Shown here: one piece after another, positions 27,501-42,500 of the stretch | How the letters are laid out: every line of letters starts with the position of its first letter | How positions within the stretch are numbered: the first letter of the stretch is position 1 | Source: Nemertoderma westbladi | Lineage: Eukaryota; Animalia; Xenacoelomorpha | NCBI GenBank assembly: GCA_032718475.1 | Contig: JAUCBJ010005435.1 | Location: 1,417 to 65,416, forward strand | Length of the DNA stretch: 64,000 bases | Reading direction: 5' to 3' | The notes under the pieces: model-generated | Told to the model about the DNA's origin: nothing | The model's database searches: none | What the model saw: only the letters and a program-made list of their open reading frames with translations | Translations under genes and position numbers: made by a program

Positions 27501-30500
27501 CTCTGAACGTCGTTTTTAAATGAACATATCCAATTGGTTAAATGCTTTTTTGGTTAATTATGATGGTGACAGGAAATGGAAGGTTTGTGTTTAACATAGA
27601 GTAATTATTACTTCATTGTCTGTCCAGGAACGCGAGATTTAAATCAGAGACCGGTTATTGAATTGAACACAGCCAACCCAATTTGGTCTGGAACAGAACT
27701 CAGCAGTCTGGATGTCGGAAAGCTGCTTCTTTACTACTCCAATATACCGAGGTGAGTTTTATAAACTCAACCCAGTTAGACTTAAGCGGTGCTATACTAT
27801 GACTGTGGATAATATAGACTACGTCCTACGTCATTAACATTTGATGCCTTCTCATATAACTCTCCATTTATTTAGCACACAACTAACATAAACTCTATCA
27901 TAATGCAACTCCCATTTATTTATCACACGGCAACCATAAACTTTCTCATATGTAACTCCCATTTATTTCTCACACAGTTCCCATAAACTTTCTCATATGT
28001 AACTCCCATTAATTTCTCACACAGTTCCCATAAACTTTCTCATATGTAACTCCCATTCATTTATCACACGGCATCCATAAACTTTCTCATATGTAACTCC
28101 CATTCATTTCTCACACAGTTCCCATAAACTTTCTCATATGTAACTCCCATTAATTTCTCACAAGGCATCCATAAACTTTCTCATATGTAACTCCCATTCA
28201 TTTCTCACACAGTTCCCACAAACTTTGTCATATGTAACTCCCATTCATTTCTCACACAGTTCCCATAAACTTTCTCATATGTAACTCCCATTCATTTCTC
28301 ACAAGGCATCCATAAACTTTCTCATATGTAACTCCCATTCATTTCTCACACAGTTCCCATAACCTTTCTCATATGTAACTCCCATTAATTTCTCAAAAGG
28401 CATCCATAAACTTTCTCATATGTAACTCCCATTCATTTCTCACACAGTTCCCATAAACTTTCTCATATGTAACTCCCATTAATTTCTCACACAGTTCCCA
28501 TAAACTTTTTCATATGTAACTCCCATTCATTTATCACACGGCACCCATAAACTTTCTCATATGTAACTCCCATTCATTTCTCACACAGTTCCCATAAACT
28601 TTCTCATATGTAACTCCCATTCATTTCTCACACAGTTCCCATAAACTTTCTCGTATGTAACTCCCATTCATTTATCACACGGCACCCATAAACTTTCTCA
28701 CATGTAACTCCCATTCATTTATCACACGGCATCCATAAACTTTTTCATATGTAACTCCCATTCCTTTATCACACGGCACCGATAAACTTTCTCATATGTA
28801 ACTCCCATTTATTTATCACACGGCATCCATAAACTTTTTCATATGTAACTCCCATTCATTTATCACACGGCATCCATAAACTTTTTCATATGTAACTCCC
28901 ATTCCTTTATCACACGGCACCCATAAACTTTCTCATATGTAACTCCCATTTATTTATCACACGGCATCCATAAACTTTTTCATATGTAACTCCCATTCAT
29001 TTATCACACGGCATCCATAAACTTTTTCATATGTAACTCCCATTCCTTTATCACACGGCACCGATAAACTTTCTCATATGTAACTCACATAGCACCCGAC
29101 CCATTAATTTTCTCATATGTATCTCACATTTATTTCTCACACAACTGTCTTATAAACTTTCTCTTTTATTTCTCACACAATTATCTTATAAACTCTCTCA
29201 TTTATTTCTCACATAGCATCCATAAACTTTCTCATATGTAACTCACATTTATTTCTCACACAACTCTCATATAAACTTCCTCATTTATTTCTCACACAAA
29301 TCTCTTATAAACTCTCTCATTTATTTCTCACATAGCATCCATAAGCTTTCTCATATGTAACTCACATTTATTTCTCACACGGCACCCATAAACCTTCTCA
29401 TATGTAACTCACATTTATTTCTCACACATCTCTCTTATAAACTTCCTCATTTATTTCTCACACAAATCTCTTATAAACTATCTCATTTATTTCTCACACA
29501 TCTCTCTCATAAACATCCTCACCTCATTTATTTCTCACACAAATCTCTTATAAACTCTCTCATTTATTTCTCACATCTCTCTTATAAACTTCCTCATTTA
29601 TTTCTCACACAAATCTCTTATAAACTTTCTCATTTATTTCTCACACAGTTCCCAGGATTTAACTCGCGGTATGACAGTACTCGTTGACGCTCGCTGGGCT
29701 CTGTTATCTGCGGCTGATATTCTAAGTAAATCGATTGTCTACTTCGAAACAATGAGACCGGGGTGTATTCGTAGACTTCATATCGTCTGTCAAAATTCGA
29801 CTCAGGTAAGACCTGAACAACATTATCTATATTAATTTTATCATAATTTGAAAAATATTACCAAGACACGTCACAGAATTTATATTTTTGTAATATTATC
29901 GATTTCCCGGTTCCCACATATCACTAATAGCCACCACACCACACCAATCGTTCGCCTATTCTTTAATTTCTTGTTTATAATTCTCAGTTATATTGATCTG
30001 TTTGCAGGTATTCATAGAGAAGAAATGTGCTGTAACTCGTATTGGAACGCTAACGTTAACGTTTAGCAACTCAATGCAGTCTTTATTGGATATTTCCGAT
30101 CGCCATCAATTAACCACCTACTCCGGGGGTCGATATACGTACCTGCACGAGGATTGGATCCGTTTCAGAATGAAGGTGAGTTCGAACACGGGGATTGGAT
30201 CCGGTTCAGAATGAAGGTGAGTTCGAACACGGGGATTGGATCCTGTTCAGAATGAAGGTGAGTTCGAACACGGGGATTGGATCCGGTTCAGAATGAAGGT
30301 GAGTTCGAACACGGGGATTGGATCCGTTTCAGAATGAAGGTGAGTTCGAACACGGGGATTGGATCCGTTTCAGAATGAAGGTGAGTTCGAACACGGGGAT
30401 TGGATCCGTTTCAGAATGAAGGTGAGTTCGAACACGGGGATTGGATCCGTTTCAGAATGAAGGTGAGTTCGAACACGGGGATTGGATCCGTTTCAGAATG

Positions 30501-33500
30501 AAGGTGAGTTCGAACACGGGGATTGGATCCGTTTCAGAATGAAGGTGAGTTCGAACACGGGGATTGGATCCGGTTCAGAATGAAGGTGAGTTCGAACGCG
30601 GGGATTGGATCCGTTTCAGAATGAAGGTGAGTTCGAACACGGGGATTGGATCCGGTTCAGAATGAAGGTGAGTTCGAACACGGGGATTGGATCCGGTTCA
30701 GAATGAAGGTGAGTTCGAACACGGGGATTGGATCCGGTTCAGAATGAAGGTGAGTTCGAACACGGGGATTGGATCCGTTTCAGAATGAAGGTGAGTTCGA
30801 ACACGGGGATTGGATCCGTTTCAGAATGAAGGTGAGTTCGAACACGGGGATTGGATCCGGTTCAGAATGAAGGTGAGTTCGAACGCGGGGATTGGATCCG
30901 TTTCAGAATGAAGGTGAGTTCGAACACGGGGATTGGATTCGGTTCAGAATGAAGGTGAGTTCGAACACGAGGATTGGATCCGGTTCAGAATGAAGGTGAG
31001 TTCGAACACGGGGATTGGATCCGGTTCAGAATGAAGGTGAGTTCGAACACGGGGATTGGATTCGGTTCAGAATGAAGGTGAGTTCGAACACGAGGATTGG
31101 ATCCGGTTCAGAATGAAGGTGAGTTCGAACACGGGGATTGGATCCGGTTCAGAATGAAGGTGAGTTCGAACACGAGGATTGGATCCGGTTCAGAATGAAG
31201 GTGAGTTCGAACACGGGGATTGGATCCGGTTCAGAATGAAGGTGAGTTCGAACACGGGGATTGGATCCGTTTCAGAATGAAGGTGAGTTCGAACACGGGG
31301 ATTGGATCCGGTTCAGAATGAAGGTGAGTTCGAACACGGGGATTGGATCCGGTTCAGAATGAAGGTGAGTTCGAACACGGGGATTGGATCCGTTTCAGAA
31401 TGAAGGTGAGTTCGAACACGGGGATTGGATCCGTTTCAGAATGAAGGTGAGTTCGAACACGAGGATTGGATCCGGTTCAGAATGAAGGTGAGTTCGAACA
31501 CGGGGATTGGATCCGGTTCAGAATGAAGGTGAGTTCGAACACGGGGATTGGATCCGGTTCAGAATGAAGGTGAGTTCGAACACGGGGATTGGATCCGGTT
31601 CAGAATGAAGGTGAGTTCGAACACGGGGATTGGATCCGGTTCAGAATGAAGGTGAGTTCGAACACGGGGATTGGATCCGGTTCAGAATGAAGGTGAGTTC
31701 GAACACGGGGATTGGATCCGGTTCAGAATGAAGGTGAGTTCGAACACGGGGATTGGATCCGGTTCAGAATGAAGGTTGAGTTCGAACACGGGGATTGGAT
31801 CCGGTTCAGAATGAAGGTGAGTTCGAACACGGGGATTGGATCCGGTTCAGAATGAAGGTGAGTTCGAACACGGGGATTGGATCCGGTTCAGAATGAAGGT
31901 GAGTTCGAACACGGGGATTGGATCCGGTTCAGAATGAAGGTGAGTTCGAACACGGGGATTGGATCCGGTTCAGAATGAAGGTGAGTTCGAACGCGGGGAT
32001 ATTTATGTTATACTTACTTAGTATTGATTGACACACAACCTAGCTAAGTCTCTCTATATCCCTCGTTGCGTTCTCTCTCTGTAGTTGGAACCATTATCGG
32101 AACTGTGTAAGGCGGCGGCTAGTTTCCTCCGTCGGATGCACACGGAACTCTCTACGGAATCCATCCCTTCCTTCGCTCGGGATATATCATCCCTACACGC
32201 CCATCACGAGAGTCGCATTGCCAGTATCCACGAAGATGCGAGGGTAGATCGGTTGCTAAGCGACGGTCCCACTGCTCTCAAGTCACTCAAGAACGAATCA
32301 ATGTCGCTTGGTTAGTGTGGGTTTCTTGTGTCTGTCTAGTCTAACATTGTATCAATTGGTTAGTCAGTTTACTGTGTCTGTCTATCATTGTATCAATTGG
32401 TTAGTGTAAGTTTACTGTGTCTGTCTAACATTGTATCAATTGGTATTGTGTCTGTCTAACATTGTATCAATTGTTTAGTGTTAGTTTATTGTGTCTGTCT
32501 AACATTGTACCAATTTGTTAGTGTCTGTTTATTGTGTCTGTCTAACATTGTATCAATTGGTTAGTGTCTGTTTATTGTGTCTGTCTAACATTGTACCAAT
32601 TGGTTAGTGTCTGTTTATTGTGTCTGTCTAACATTGTATCAATTGGTAGTGTCGGATTATTGTGTCGTCTGACATTGTATCAATTGGTTAGTGTCGGTTT
32701 ATTGTGTCTGTCTATCATTGTATCAATTGGTTAGTGTCGGTTTATTGTGTTGTCTAACATTGTATCAATTGGTTAGTGTCGGTTTATTGTGTCTGTCTAT
32801 CATTGTATCAATTGGTTAGTGTCGGTTTATTGTGTCTGTCTATCATCGTATCAATTGGTAGTGTCGGTTTATTGTGTCTGTCTAACATTGTATCAATTGG
32901 TTAGTGTCGGTTTATTGTGTCTGTCTAACATTGTATCAATTGGTAGTGTCGGTTTATTGTGTCTGTCTAACATTGTATCAATTGGTTAGTGTCGGTTTAT
33001 TGTGTCTGTCTAACATTGTATCAATTGGTAGTGTCGGTTTATTGTGTCTGTCTAACATTGTATCAATTGGTTAGTGTCGGTTTATTGTATCTGTCTAACA
33101 TTGTATCAATTGGTAGTGTCGGTTTATTGTGTCTGTCTAACATTGTATCAATTGGTTAGTATCGGTTTCTTGTGTCGTCTAACATTGTATCAATTGGTTA
33201 GTGTCGGTTTATTGTGTTTGTCTAACATTGTATCAATTGGTTAGTGTCGGTTTATTGTGTCGTCTAACATTGTATCAATTGGTAGTGTCGGTTTATTGTG
33301 TCTGTCTATCATTGTATCAATTGGTAGTGTCGGTTTATTGTGTCGTCTAACATTGTATCAATTGGTAGTGTCGGTTTATTGTGTTTGTCTAACATTCTAT
33401 CAATTGGTTAGTGTCGGTTTATTGTGTATGATTAACATTGTATCAATTGGTTAGTGTCGGTTTATTGTGTCTGTCTAACATTGTATCAATTGGTTAGTTT

Positions 33501-36500
33501 CGATTTATTGTGTCTGTCTAACATTGTTTCAATTGGTTAGTGTCGGTTTATTGTGTCTGTCAAACATTCTATCAATTGGTTAGTGTCGGTTTATTGTGTC
33601 TGTCAAATATTCTATCAATTGGTAGTGTCGGTTTATTGTGTCTGTCTATCATTGTATCAATTGGTTAGTATCGGTTTATTGTTTCGTCTAACATTGTATC
33701 AATTGGATAGTGTCGGTTTATTGTGTCTGTCTATCATTGTATCAATTGGATAGTGTCGGTTTATTGTGTCGTCTAACATTGTATCAATTGGTTAGTGTCG
33801 GTTTATTGTGTCTGTCTAACATTGTTTCAATTGGTTAGTTTCGGTTTATTGTGTCTGTCTAACATTGTATCAATTGGTTAGTGTCGGTTTATTGTGTCTG
33901 TCTAACATTGTATCAATTGGTTAGTTTCGATTTATTGTGTCTGTCTAACATTGTATCAATTGGTTAGTGTCGGTTTATTGTGTCTGTCTATCATTGTATC
34001 AATTGGTTAGTATCGGTTTATTGTGTCGTCTAACATTGTATCAATTGGATAGTGTCGGTTTATTGTGTCTGTCTATCATTGTATCAATTGGATAGTGTCG
34101 GTTTATTGTGTCGTCTAACATTGTATCAATTGGATAGTGTCGGTTTATTGTGTCTGTCTATCATTGTATCAATTGGATAGTGTCGGTTTATTGTGTCGTC
34201 TAACATTGTATCAATTGGTTAGTGTCGGTTTATTGTGTCTGTCTAACATTGTTTCAATTGGTTAGTTTCGGTTTATTGTGTCTGTCTAACATTGTATCAA
34301 TTGGTTAGTGTCGGTTTATTGTGTCTGTCTAACATTGTATCAATTGGTTAGTTTCGATTTATTGTGTCTGTCTAACATTGTATCAATTGGTTAGTGTCGG
34401 TTTATTGTGTCTGTCTATCATTGTATCAATTGGTTAGTATCGGTTTATTGTGTCGTCTAACATTGTATCAATTGGATAGTGTCGGTTTATTGTGTCTGTC
34501 TATCATTGTATCAATTGGATAGTGTCGGTTTATTGTGTCGTCTAACATTGTATCAATTGGTTAGTGTCGGTTTATTGTGTTTGTCTAACATTCTATCAAT
34601 TGGTTAGTGTCGGTTTATTGTGTCTGTCTATCATTGTATCAATTGGTTAGTGTCGGTTTATTGTGTCTGTCTAACATTGTATCAATTGGTTAGTTTCGAT
34701 TTATTGTGTCTGTCTAACATTGTTTCAATTGGTTAGTGTCGGTTTATTGTGTCTGTCTAACATTGTATCAATTGGTTAGTTTCGATTTATTGTGTCTGTC
34801 TAACATTGTTTCAATTGGTTAGTGTCGGTTTATTGTGTCTGTCAAACATTCTATCAATTGGTTAGTGTCGGTTTATTGTGTCTGTCAAATATTCTATCTA
34901 TTGGTAGTGTCGGTTTATTGTGTCTGTCTATCATTGTATCAATTGGTTAGTGTCGGTTTATTGTGTATGTCAAACATTCTATCAATTGGTTAGTGTCGGT
35001 TTATTGTGTCTGTCAAATATTCTATCAATTGGTAGTGTCGGTTTATTGTGTCTGTCTATCATTGTATCAATTGGTTAGTATCGGTTTATTGTGTCGTCTA
35101 ACATTGTATCAATTGGATAGTGTCGGTTTATTGTGTCTGTCTATCATTGTATCAATTGGTTAGTATCGGTTTATTGTGTCGTCTAACATTGTATCAATTG
35201 GATAGTGTCGGTTTATTGTGTCTGTCTATCATTGTATCAATTGGATAGTGTCGGTTTATTGTGTCGTCTAACATTGTATCAATTGGTTAGTGTCGGTTTA
35301 TTGTGTCTGTCTAACATTGTTTCAATTGGTTAGTTTCGGTTTATTGTGTCTGTCTAACATTGTATCAATTGGTTAGTTTCGATTTATTGTGTCTGTCTAA
35401 CATTGTTTCAATTGGTTAGTGTCGGTTTATTGTGTCTGTCAAACATTCTATCAATTGGTTAGTGTCGGTTTATTGTGTCTGTCAAATATTCTATCAATTG
35501 GTAGTGTCGGTTTATTGTGTCTGTCTATCATTGTATCAATTGGTTAGTGTCGGTTTATTGTGTCTGTCTAACATTGTATCAATTGGTTAGTTTCGATTTA
35601 TTGTGTCTGTCTAACATTGTTTCAATTGGTTAGTGTCGGTTTATTGTGTCTGTCAAACATTCTATCAATTGGTAGTGTCGGTTTATTGTGTCTGTCTATC
35701 ATTGTATCAATTGGATAGTGTCGGTTTATTGTGTCTGTCTATCATTGTATCAATTGGTTAGTATCGGTTTATTGTGTCGTCTAACATTGTATCAATTGGA
35801 TAGTGTCGGTTTATTGTGTCTGTCTATCATTGTATCAATTGGATAGTGTCGGTTTATTGTGTCGTCTAACATTGTATCAATTGGTTAGTGTCGGTTTATT
35901 GTGTCTGTCTAACATTGTATCAATTGGTTAGTGTCGGTTTATTGTGTCTGTCTAACATTGTATCAATTGGTAGTGTCGGTTTATTGTGTCTGTCTAACAT
36001 TGTATCAATTGGTTAGTGTCGGTTTATTGTATCTGTCTAACATTGTATCAATTGGTAGTGTCGGTTTATTGTGTCTGTCTAACATTGTATCAATTGGTTA
36101 GTATCGGTTTCTTGTGTCGTCTAACATTGTATCAATTGGTTAGTGTCGGTTTATTGTGTTTGTCTAACATTCTATCAATTGGTTAGTGTCGGTTTATTGT
36201 GTCTGTCAAACATTGTATCAATTGGTTAGTGTCGGTTTATTGTGTCTGTCTAACATTGTATCAATTGGTTAGTTTCGATTTATTGTGTCTGTCTAACATT
36301 GTTTCAATTGGTTAGTGTCGGTTTATTGTGTCTGTCAAACATTCTATCAATTGGTTAGTGTCGGTTTATTGTGTCTGTCAAATATTCTATCAATTGGTAG
36401 TGTCGGTTTATTGTGTCTGTCTATCATTGTATCAATTGGTTAGTATCGGTTTATTGTTTCGTCTAACATTGTATCAATTGGATAGTGTCGGTTTATTGTG

Positions 36501-39500
36501 TCTGTCTATCATTGTATCAATTGGATAGTGTCGGTTTATTGTGTCGTCTAACATTGTATCAATTGGTTAGTGTCGGTTTATTGTGTCTGTCTAACATTGT
36601 TTCAATTGGTTAGTTTCGGTTTATTGTGTCTGTCTAACATTGTATCAATTGGTAGTGTCGGTTTATTGTGTCTGTCTAACATTGTATCAATTGGTAGTGT
36701 CGGTTTATTGTGTCAGTCAAATATTCTATCAATTGGTTAGTGTCGGTTTATTGTGTCTGTCTAACATTGTATCAATTGGTTAGTTTCGATTTATTGTGTC
36801 TGTCTAACATTGTATCAATTGGTTAGTGTCGGTTTATTGTGTCTGTCTAACATTGTATCAATTGGTTAGTTTCGATTTATTGTGTCTGTCTAACATTGTA
36901 TCAATTGGTTAGTGTCGGTTTATTGTGTCTGTCTATCATTGTATCAATTGGTTAGTATCGGTTTATTGTGTCGTCTAACATTGTATCAATTGGATAGTGT
37001 CGGTTTATTGTGTCTGTCTATCATTGTATCAATTGGATAGTGTCGGTTTATTGTGTCGTCTAACATTGTATCAATTGGTTAGTGTCGGTTTATTGTGTCT
37101 GTCTAACATTGTATCAATTGGTAGTGTCGGTTTATTGTGTCTGTCTAACATTGTATCAATTGGTTAGTGTCGGTTTATTGTGTCTGTCTAACATTGTATC
37201 AATTGGTAGTGTCGGTTTATTGTGTCTGTCTAACATTGTATCAATTGGTTAGTGTCGGTTTATTATATCTGTCTAACATTGTATCAATTGGTAGTGTCGG
37301 TTTATTGTGTCTGTCTAACATTGTATCAATTGGTTAGTATCGGTTTATTGTGTCGTCTAACATTGTATCAATTGGTTAGTATCGGTTTATTGTGTCTGTC
37401 TAACATTGTATCAATTGGTTAGTGTCGATTTATTGTGTCTGTCTAACATTGTTTCAATTGGTTAGTGTCGGTTTATTGTGTTTGTCTAACATTCTATCAA
37501 TTGGTTAGTGTCGGTTTATTGTGTCTGTCTAACATTGTATCAATTGGTTAGTGTCGGTTTATTGTGTCTGTCTAACATTGTATCAATTGGTTAGTTTCGA
37601 TTTATTGTGTCTGTCTAACATTGTTTCAATTGGTTAGTGTCGGTTTATTGTGTCTGTCAAGCATTCTATCAATTGGTTAGTGTCGGTTTATTGTGTCTGT
37701 CAAATATTCTATCTATTGGTAGTGTCGGTTTATTGTGTCTGTCTATCATTGTATCAATTGGTTAGTGTCGGTTTATTGTGTATGTCAAACATTCTATCAA
37801 TTGGTTAGTGTCGGTTTATTGTGTCTGTCAAATATTCTATCAATTGGTAGTGTCGGTTTATTGTGTCTGTCTATCATTGTATCAATTGGTTAGTATCGGT
37901 TTATTGTGTCGTCTAACATTGTATCAATTGGATAGTGTCGGTTTATTGTGTCTGTCAAATATTCTATCAATTGGTTAGTGTCGGTTTATTGTGTCTGTCA
38001 AATATTCTATCAATTGGTAGTGTCGGTTTATTGTGTCTGTCTATCATTGTATCAATTGGTTAGTATCGGTTTATTGTGTCGTCTAACATTGTATCAATTG
38101 GTAGTGTCGGTTTATTGTGTCTGTCTAACATTGTATCAATTGGTTAGTGTCGGTTTATTGTGTCTGTCTAACATTGTATCAATTGGTAGTGTCGGTTTAT
38201 TGTGTCTGTCTAACATTGTATCAATTGGTTAGTGTCGGTTTATTATATCTGTCTAACATTGTATCAATTGGTAGTGTCGGTTTATTGTGTCTGTCTAACA
38301 TTGTATCAATTGGTTAGTATCGGTTTATTGTGTCGTCTAACATTGTATCAATTGGTTAGTATCGGTTTATTGTGTCTGTCTAACATTGTATCAATTGGTT
38401 AGTGTCGGTTTATTGTGTTTGTCTAACATTCTATCAATTGGTTAGTGTCGGTTTATTGTGTCTGTCTAACATTGTATCAATTGGTTAGTGTCGGTTTATT
38501 GTGTCTGTCTAACATTGTATCAATTGGTTAGTTTCGATTTATTGTGTCTGTCTAACATTGTTTCAATTGGTTAGTGTCGGTTTATTGTGTCTGTCAAGCA
38601 TTCTATCAATTGGTTAGTGTCGGTTTATTGTGTCTGTCAAATATTCTATCTATTGGTAGTGTCGGTTTATTGTGTCTGTCTATCATTGTATCAATTGGTT
38701 AGTGTCGGTTTATTGTGTATGTCAAACATTCTATCAATTGGTTAGTGTCGGTTTATTGTGTCTGTCAAATATTCTATCAATTGGTAGTGTCGGTTTATTG
38801 TGTCTGTCTATCATTGTATCAATTGGTTAGTATCGGTTTATTGTGTCGTCTAACATTGTATCAATTGGATAGTGTCGGTTTATTGTGTCTGTCTATCATT
38901 GTATCAATTGGTTAGTATCGGTTTATTGTGTCGTCTAACATTGTATCAATTGGATAGTGTCGGTTTATTGTGTCTTTGTCTATCATTGTATCAATTGGAT
39001 AGTGTCGGTTTATTGTGTCGTCTAACATTGTATCAATTGGTTAGTGTCGGTTTATTGTGTCTGTCTAACATTGTTTCAATTGGTTAGTTTCGGTTTATTG
39101 TGTCTGTCTAACATTGTATCAATTGGTTAGTTTCGATTTATTGTGTCTGTCTAACATTGTTTCAATTGGTTAGTGTCGGTTTATTGTGTCTGTCAAACAT
39201 TCTATCAATTGGTTAGTGTCGGTTTATTGTGTCTGTCAAATATTCTATCAATTGGTAGTGTCGGTTTATTGTGTCTGTCTATCATTGTATCAATTGGTTA
39301 GTGTCGGTTTATTGTGTATGTCAAACATTCTATCAATTGGTTAGTGTCGGTTTATTGTGTCTGTCAAATATTCTATCAATTGGCAGTGTCGGTTTATTGT
39401 GTCTGTCTATCATTGTATCAATTGGTTAGTATCGGTTTATTGTGTCGTCTAACATTGTATCAATTGGATAGTGTCGGTTTATTGTGTCTGTCTATCATTG

Positions 39501-42500
39501 TATCAATTGGATAGTGTCGGTTTATTGTGTCTGTCTATCATTGTATCAATTGGTTAGTATCGGTTTATTGTGTCTGTCTATCATTGTATCAATTGGATAG
39601 TGTCGGTTTATTGTGTCTGTCTATCATTGTATCAATTGGATAGTGTCGGTTTATTGTGTCTGTCTATCATTGTATCAATTGGTTAGTATCGGTTTATTGT
39701 GTCGTCTAACATTGTATCAATTGGATAGTGTCGGTTTATTGTGTCTGTCTATCATTGTATCAATTGGATAGTGTCGGTTTATTGTGTCGTCTAACATTGT
39801 ATCAATTGGTTAGTGTCGGTTTATTGTGTCGTCTAACATTGTATCAATTGGATAGTGTCGGTTTATTGTGTCTGTCTATTATTGTATCAATTGGATAGTG
39901 TCGGTTTATTGTGTCGTCTAACATTGTATCAATTGGTTAGTGCCGGTTTATTGTGTCTGTCTAACATTGTTTCAATTGGTTAGTTTCGGTTTATTGTGTC
40001 TGTCTAACATTGTATCAATTGGTAGTGTCGGTTTATTGTGTATGCCTAACATTGTATCAATTGGTTAGTGTCGGTTTATTGTGTCTGTCTAACATTGTAT
40101 CAATTGGTTAGTTTCGATTTATTGTGTCTGTCTAACATTGTATCAATTGGATAGTGTCGGTTTATTGTGTCTGTCTATCATTGTATCAATTGGATAGTGT
40201 CGGTTTATTGTGTCGTCTAACATTGTATCAATTGGTTAGTGTCGGTTTATTGTGTCTGTCTAACATTGTTTCAATTGGTTAGTTTCGGTTTATTGTGTCT
40301 GTCTAACATTGTATCAATTGGTAGTGTCGGTTTATTGTGTATGCCTAACATTGTATCAATTGGTTAGTGTCGGTTTATTGTGTCTGTCTAACATTGTATC
40401 AATTGGTTAGTTTCGATTTATTGTGTCTGTCTAACATTGTTTCAATTGGTTAGTGTCGGTTTATTGTGTCTGTCAAACATTCTATCAATTGGTTAGTGTC
40501 GGTTTATTGTGTCTGTCAAATATTCTATCAATTGGTAGTGTCGGTTTATTGTGTCTGTCTATCATTGTATCAATTGGTTAGTGTCGGTTTATTGTGTCTG
40601 TCTAACATTGTATCAATTGGTTAGTTTCGATTTATTGTGTCTGTCTAACATTGTTTCAATTGGTTAGTGTCGGTTTATTGTGTCTGTCAAACATTCTATC
40701 AATTGGTTAGTGTCGGTTTATTGTGTCTGTCAAATATTCTATCAATTGGTAGTGTCGGTTTATTGTGTCTGTCTATCATTGTATCAATTGGTTAGTGTCG
40801 GTTTATTGTGTCTGTCTAACATTGTATCAATTGGTTAGTTTCGATTTATTGTGTCTGTCTAACATTGTTTCAATTGGTTAGTGTCGGTTTATTGTGTCTG
40901 TCAAACATTCTATCAATTGGTAGTGTCGGTTTATTGTGTCTGTCTATCATTGTATCAATTGGATAGTGTCGGTTTATTGTGTCTGTCTATCATTGTATCA
41001 ATTGGTTAGTATCGGTTTATTGTGTCGTCTAACATTGTATCAATTGGATAGTGTCGGTTTATTGTGTCTGTCTATCATTGTATCAATTGGATAGTGTCGG
41101 TTTATTGTGTCGTCTAACATTGTATCAATTGGTTAGTGTCGGTTTATTGTGTCTGTCTAACATTGTTTCAATTGGTTAGTTTCGGTTTATTGTGTCTGTC
41201 TAACATTGTATCAATTGGTAGTGTCGGTTTATTGTGTCTGTCTAACATTGTATCAATTGGTTAGTGTCGGTTTATTGTGTATGTCAAACATTCTATCAAT
41301 TGGTTAGTGCAATTAATAGTTTGTTTAATTTGGTAATGTGAACAGCCTTTTTACTCAGAAATGCAAAAATTCACGAATTCTCAATTGATTACAAATTTAC
41401 GCGCCCATTGGGAAAACCAAAGTTCAAGTCAACAATCCTAAAATATTCATATTAATTTACATTACAAAGTAAATTACCAAGGTCTCAGGTAACTCTTTGA
41501 ATTAATGTGTTGTGGTAGCGGTTCGCACATTGATTTTCCCCAACCGGTTCATTAGTAAAGCAAAGAACTACGTATTTATTACTCCGTCAACCCTATGTGG
41601 GGTGGGGGGTGCGTTTCATAAAAAAATGAAACTTGCAGTTCGCTTCAGCTTCAGCGTATAATTAAGTTAAATATTTTTACAATCAACCAATTACATTGTA
41701 AAAATGTCCATTTTAGGTCATTCTGTGGATTATAGTAATTCTATGGCTTCGATTGAAACAGTTTATATTGAAGTTGAACGAACTTTGCATCAACTCAAGA
41801 CGTCAGCCGATAATCATTTACAAGCGTTGGAGGAATGTATGAGGATGCGACTGTTCGATGACGAATACAATAAGGTACGTTAGGTGGCGTTACAAGTTTA
41901 GTATTATTGTAATCTATGAGTCGTTTTTTACAGGTGTAACTGAGCCTATTATTGAGAAATAAATAAGGGGCATACACAGTAACAGTACACACACACACAG
42001 GTCTTATTAAGGTATCATTGGTATTGGTAATTTAATTTAATTTTATTTTTAGATAATTCATTGGTTAGCCAGGAAAGGTGAGAGTTTCCTCAACCGTCTG
42101 GACCTTGGTGACTCTTTGACTTCTATTAAAGCTTCCGAGAAAGAGTTTGAGAAATTCTATTTCACTGCCATTGTAAGTTTTAATTAATTGTTTCGTGAAT
42201 GTTGCGTTAATGGCATTTAGAATGGACTTTTATTGATTGTAATTTATTACGAACACCAGTACATTACATAAAATAATAGCTTAGACCAGCGTCACGTAAA
42301 CTAATATTTTATTTGATTAGAAATATTGCGAGAAAGCTGAGGAATTAATCGAGGAAGGGTCGAGTTTGGCTTCGACTCCCACCGGCACAGCAACGGGAGT
42401 TCGAGATAAATGTAAATCGCTCAAGTTAAAACTCGCTAGTTTCTACAGAGCTTTGGAACGCAGACGAGCAGAGATAGACCAAATGCTGAAACTACACCAT

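Noticed and set aside
32789-39514. Short hydrophobic ORFs repeated in the 43-bp array
   Set aside because: Repeat translations with frequent stops; no coding signal.
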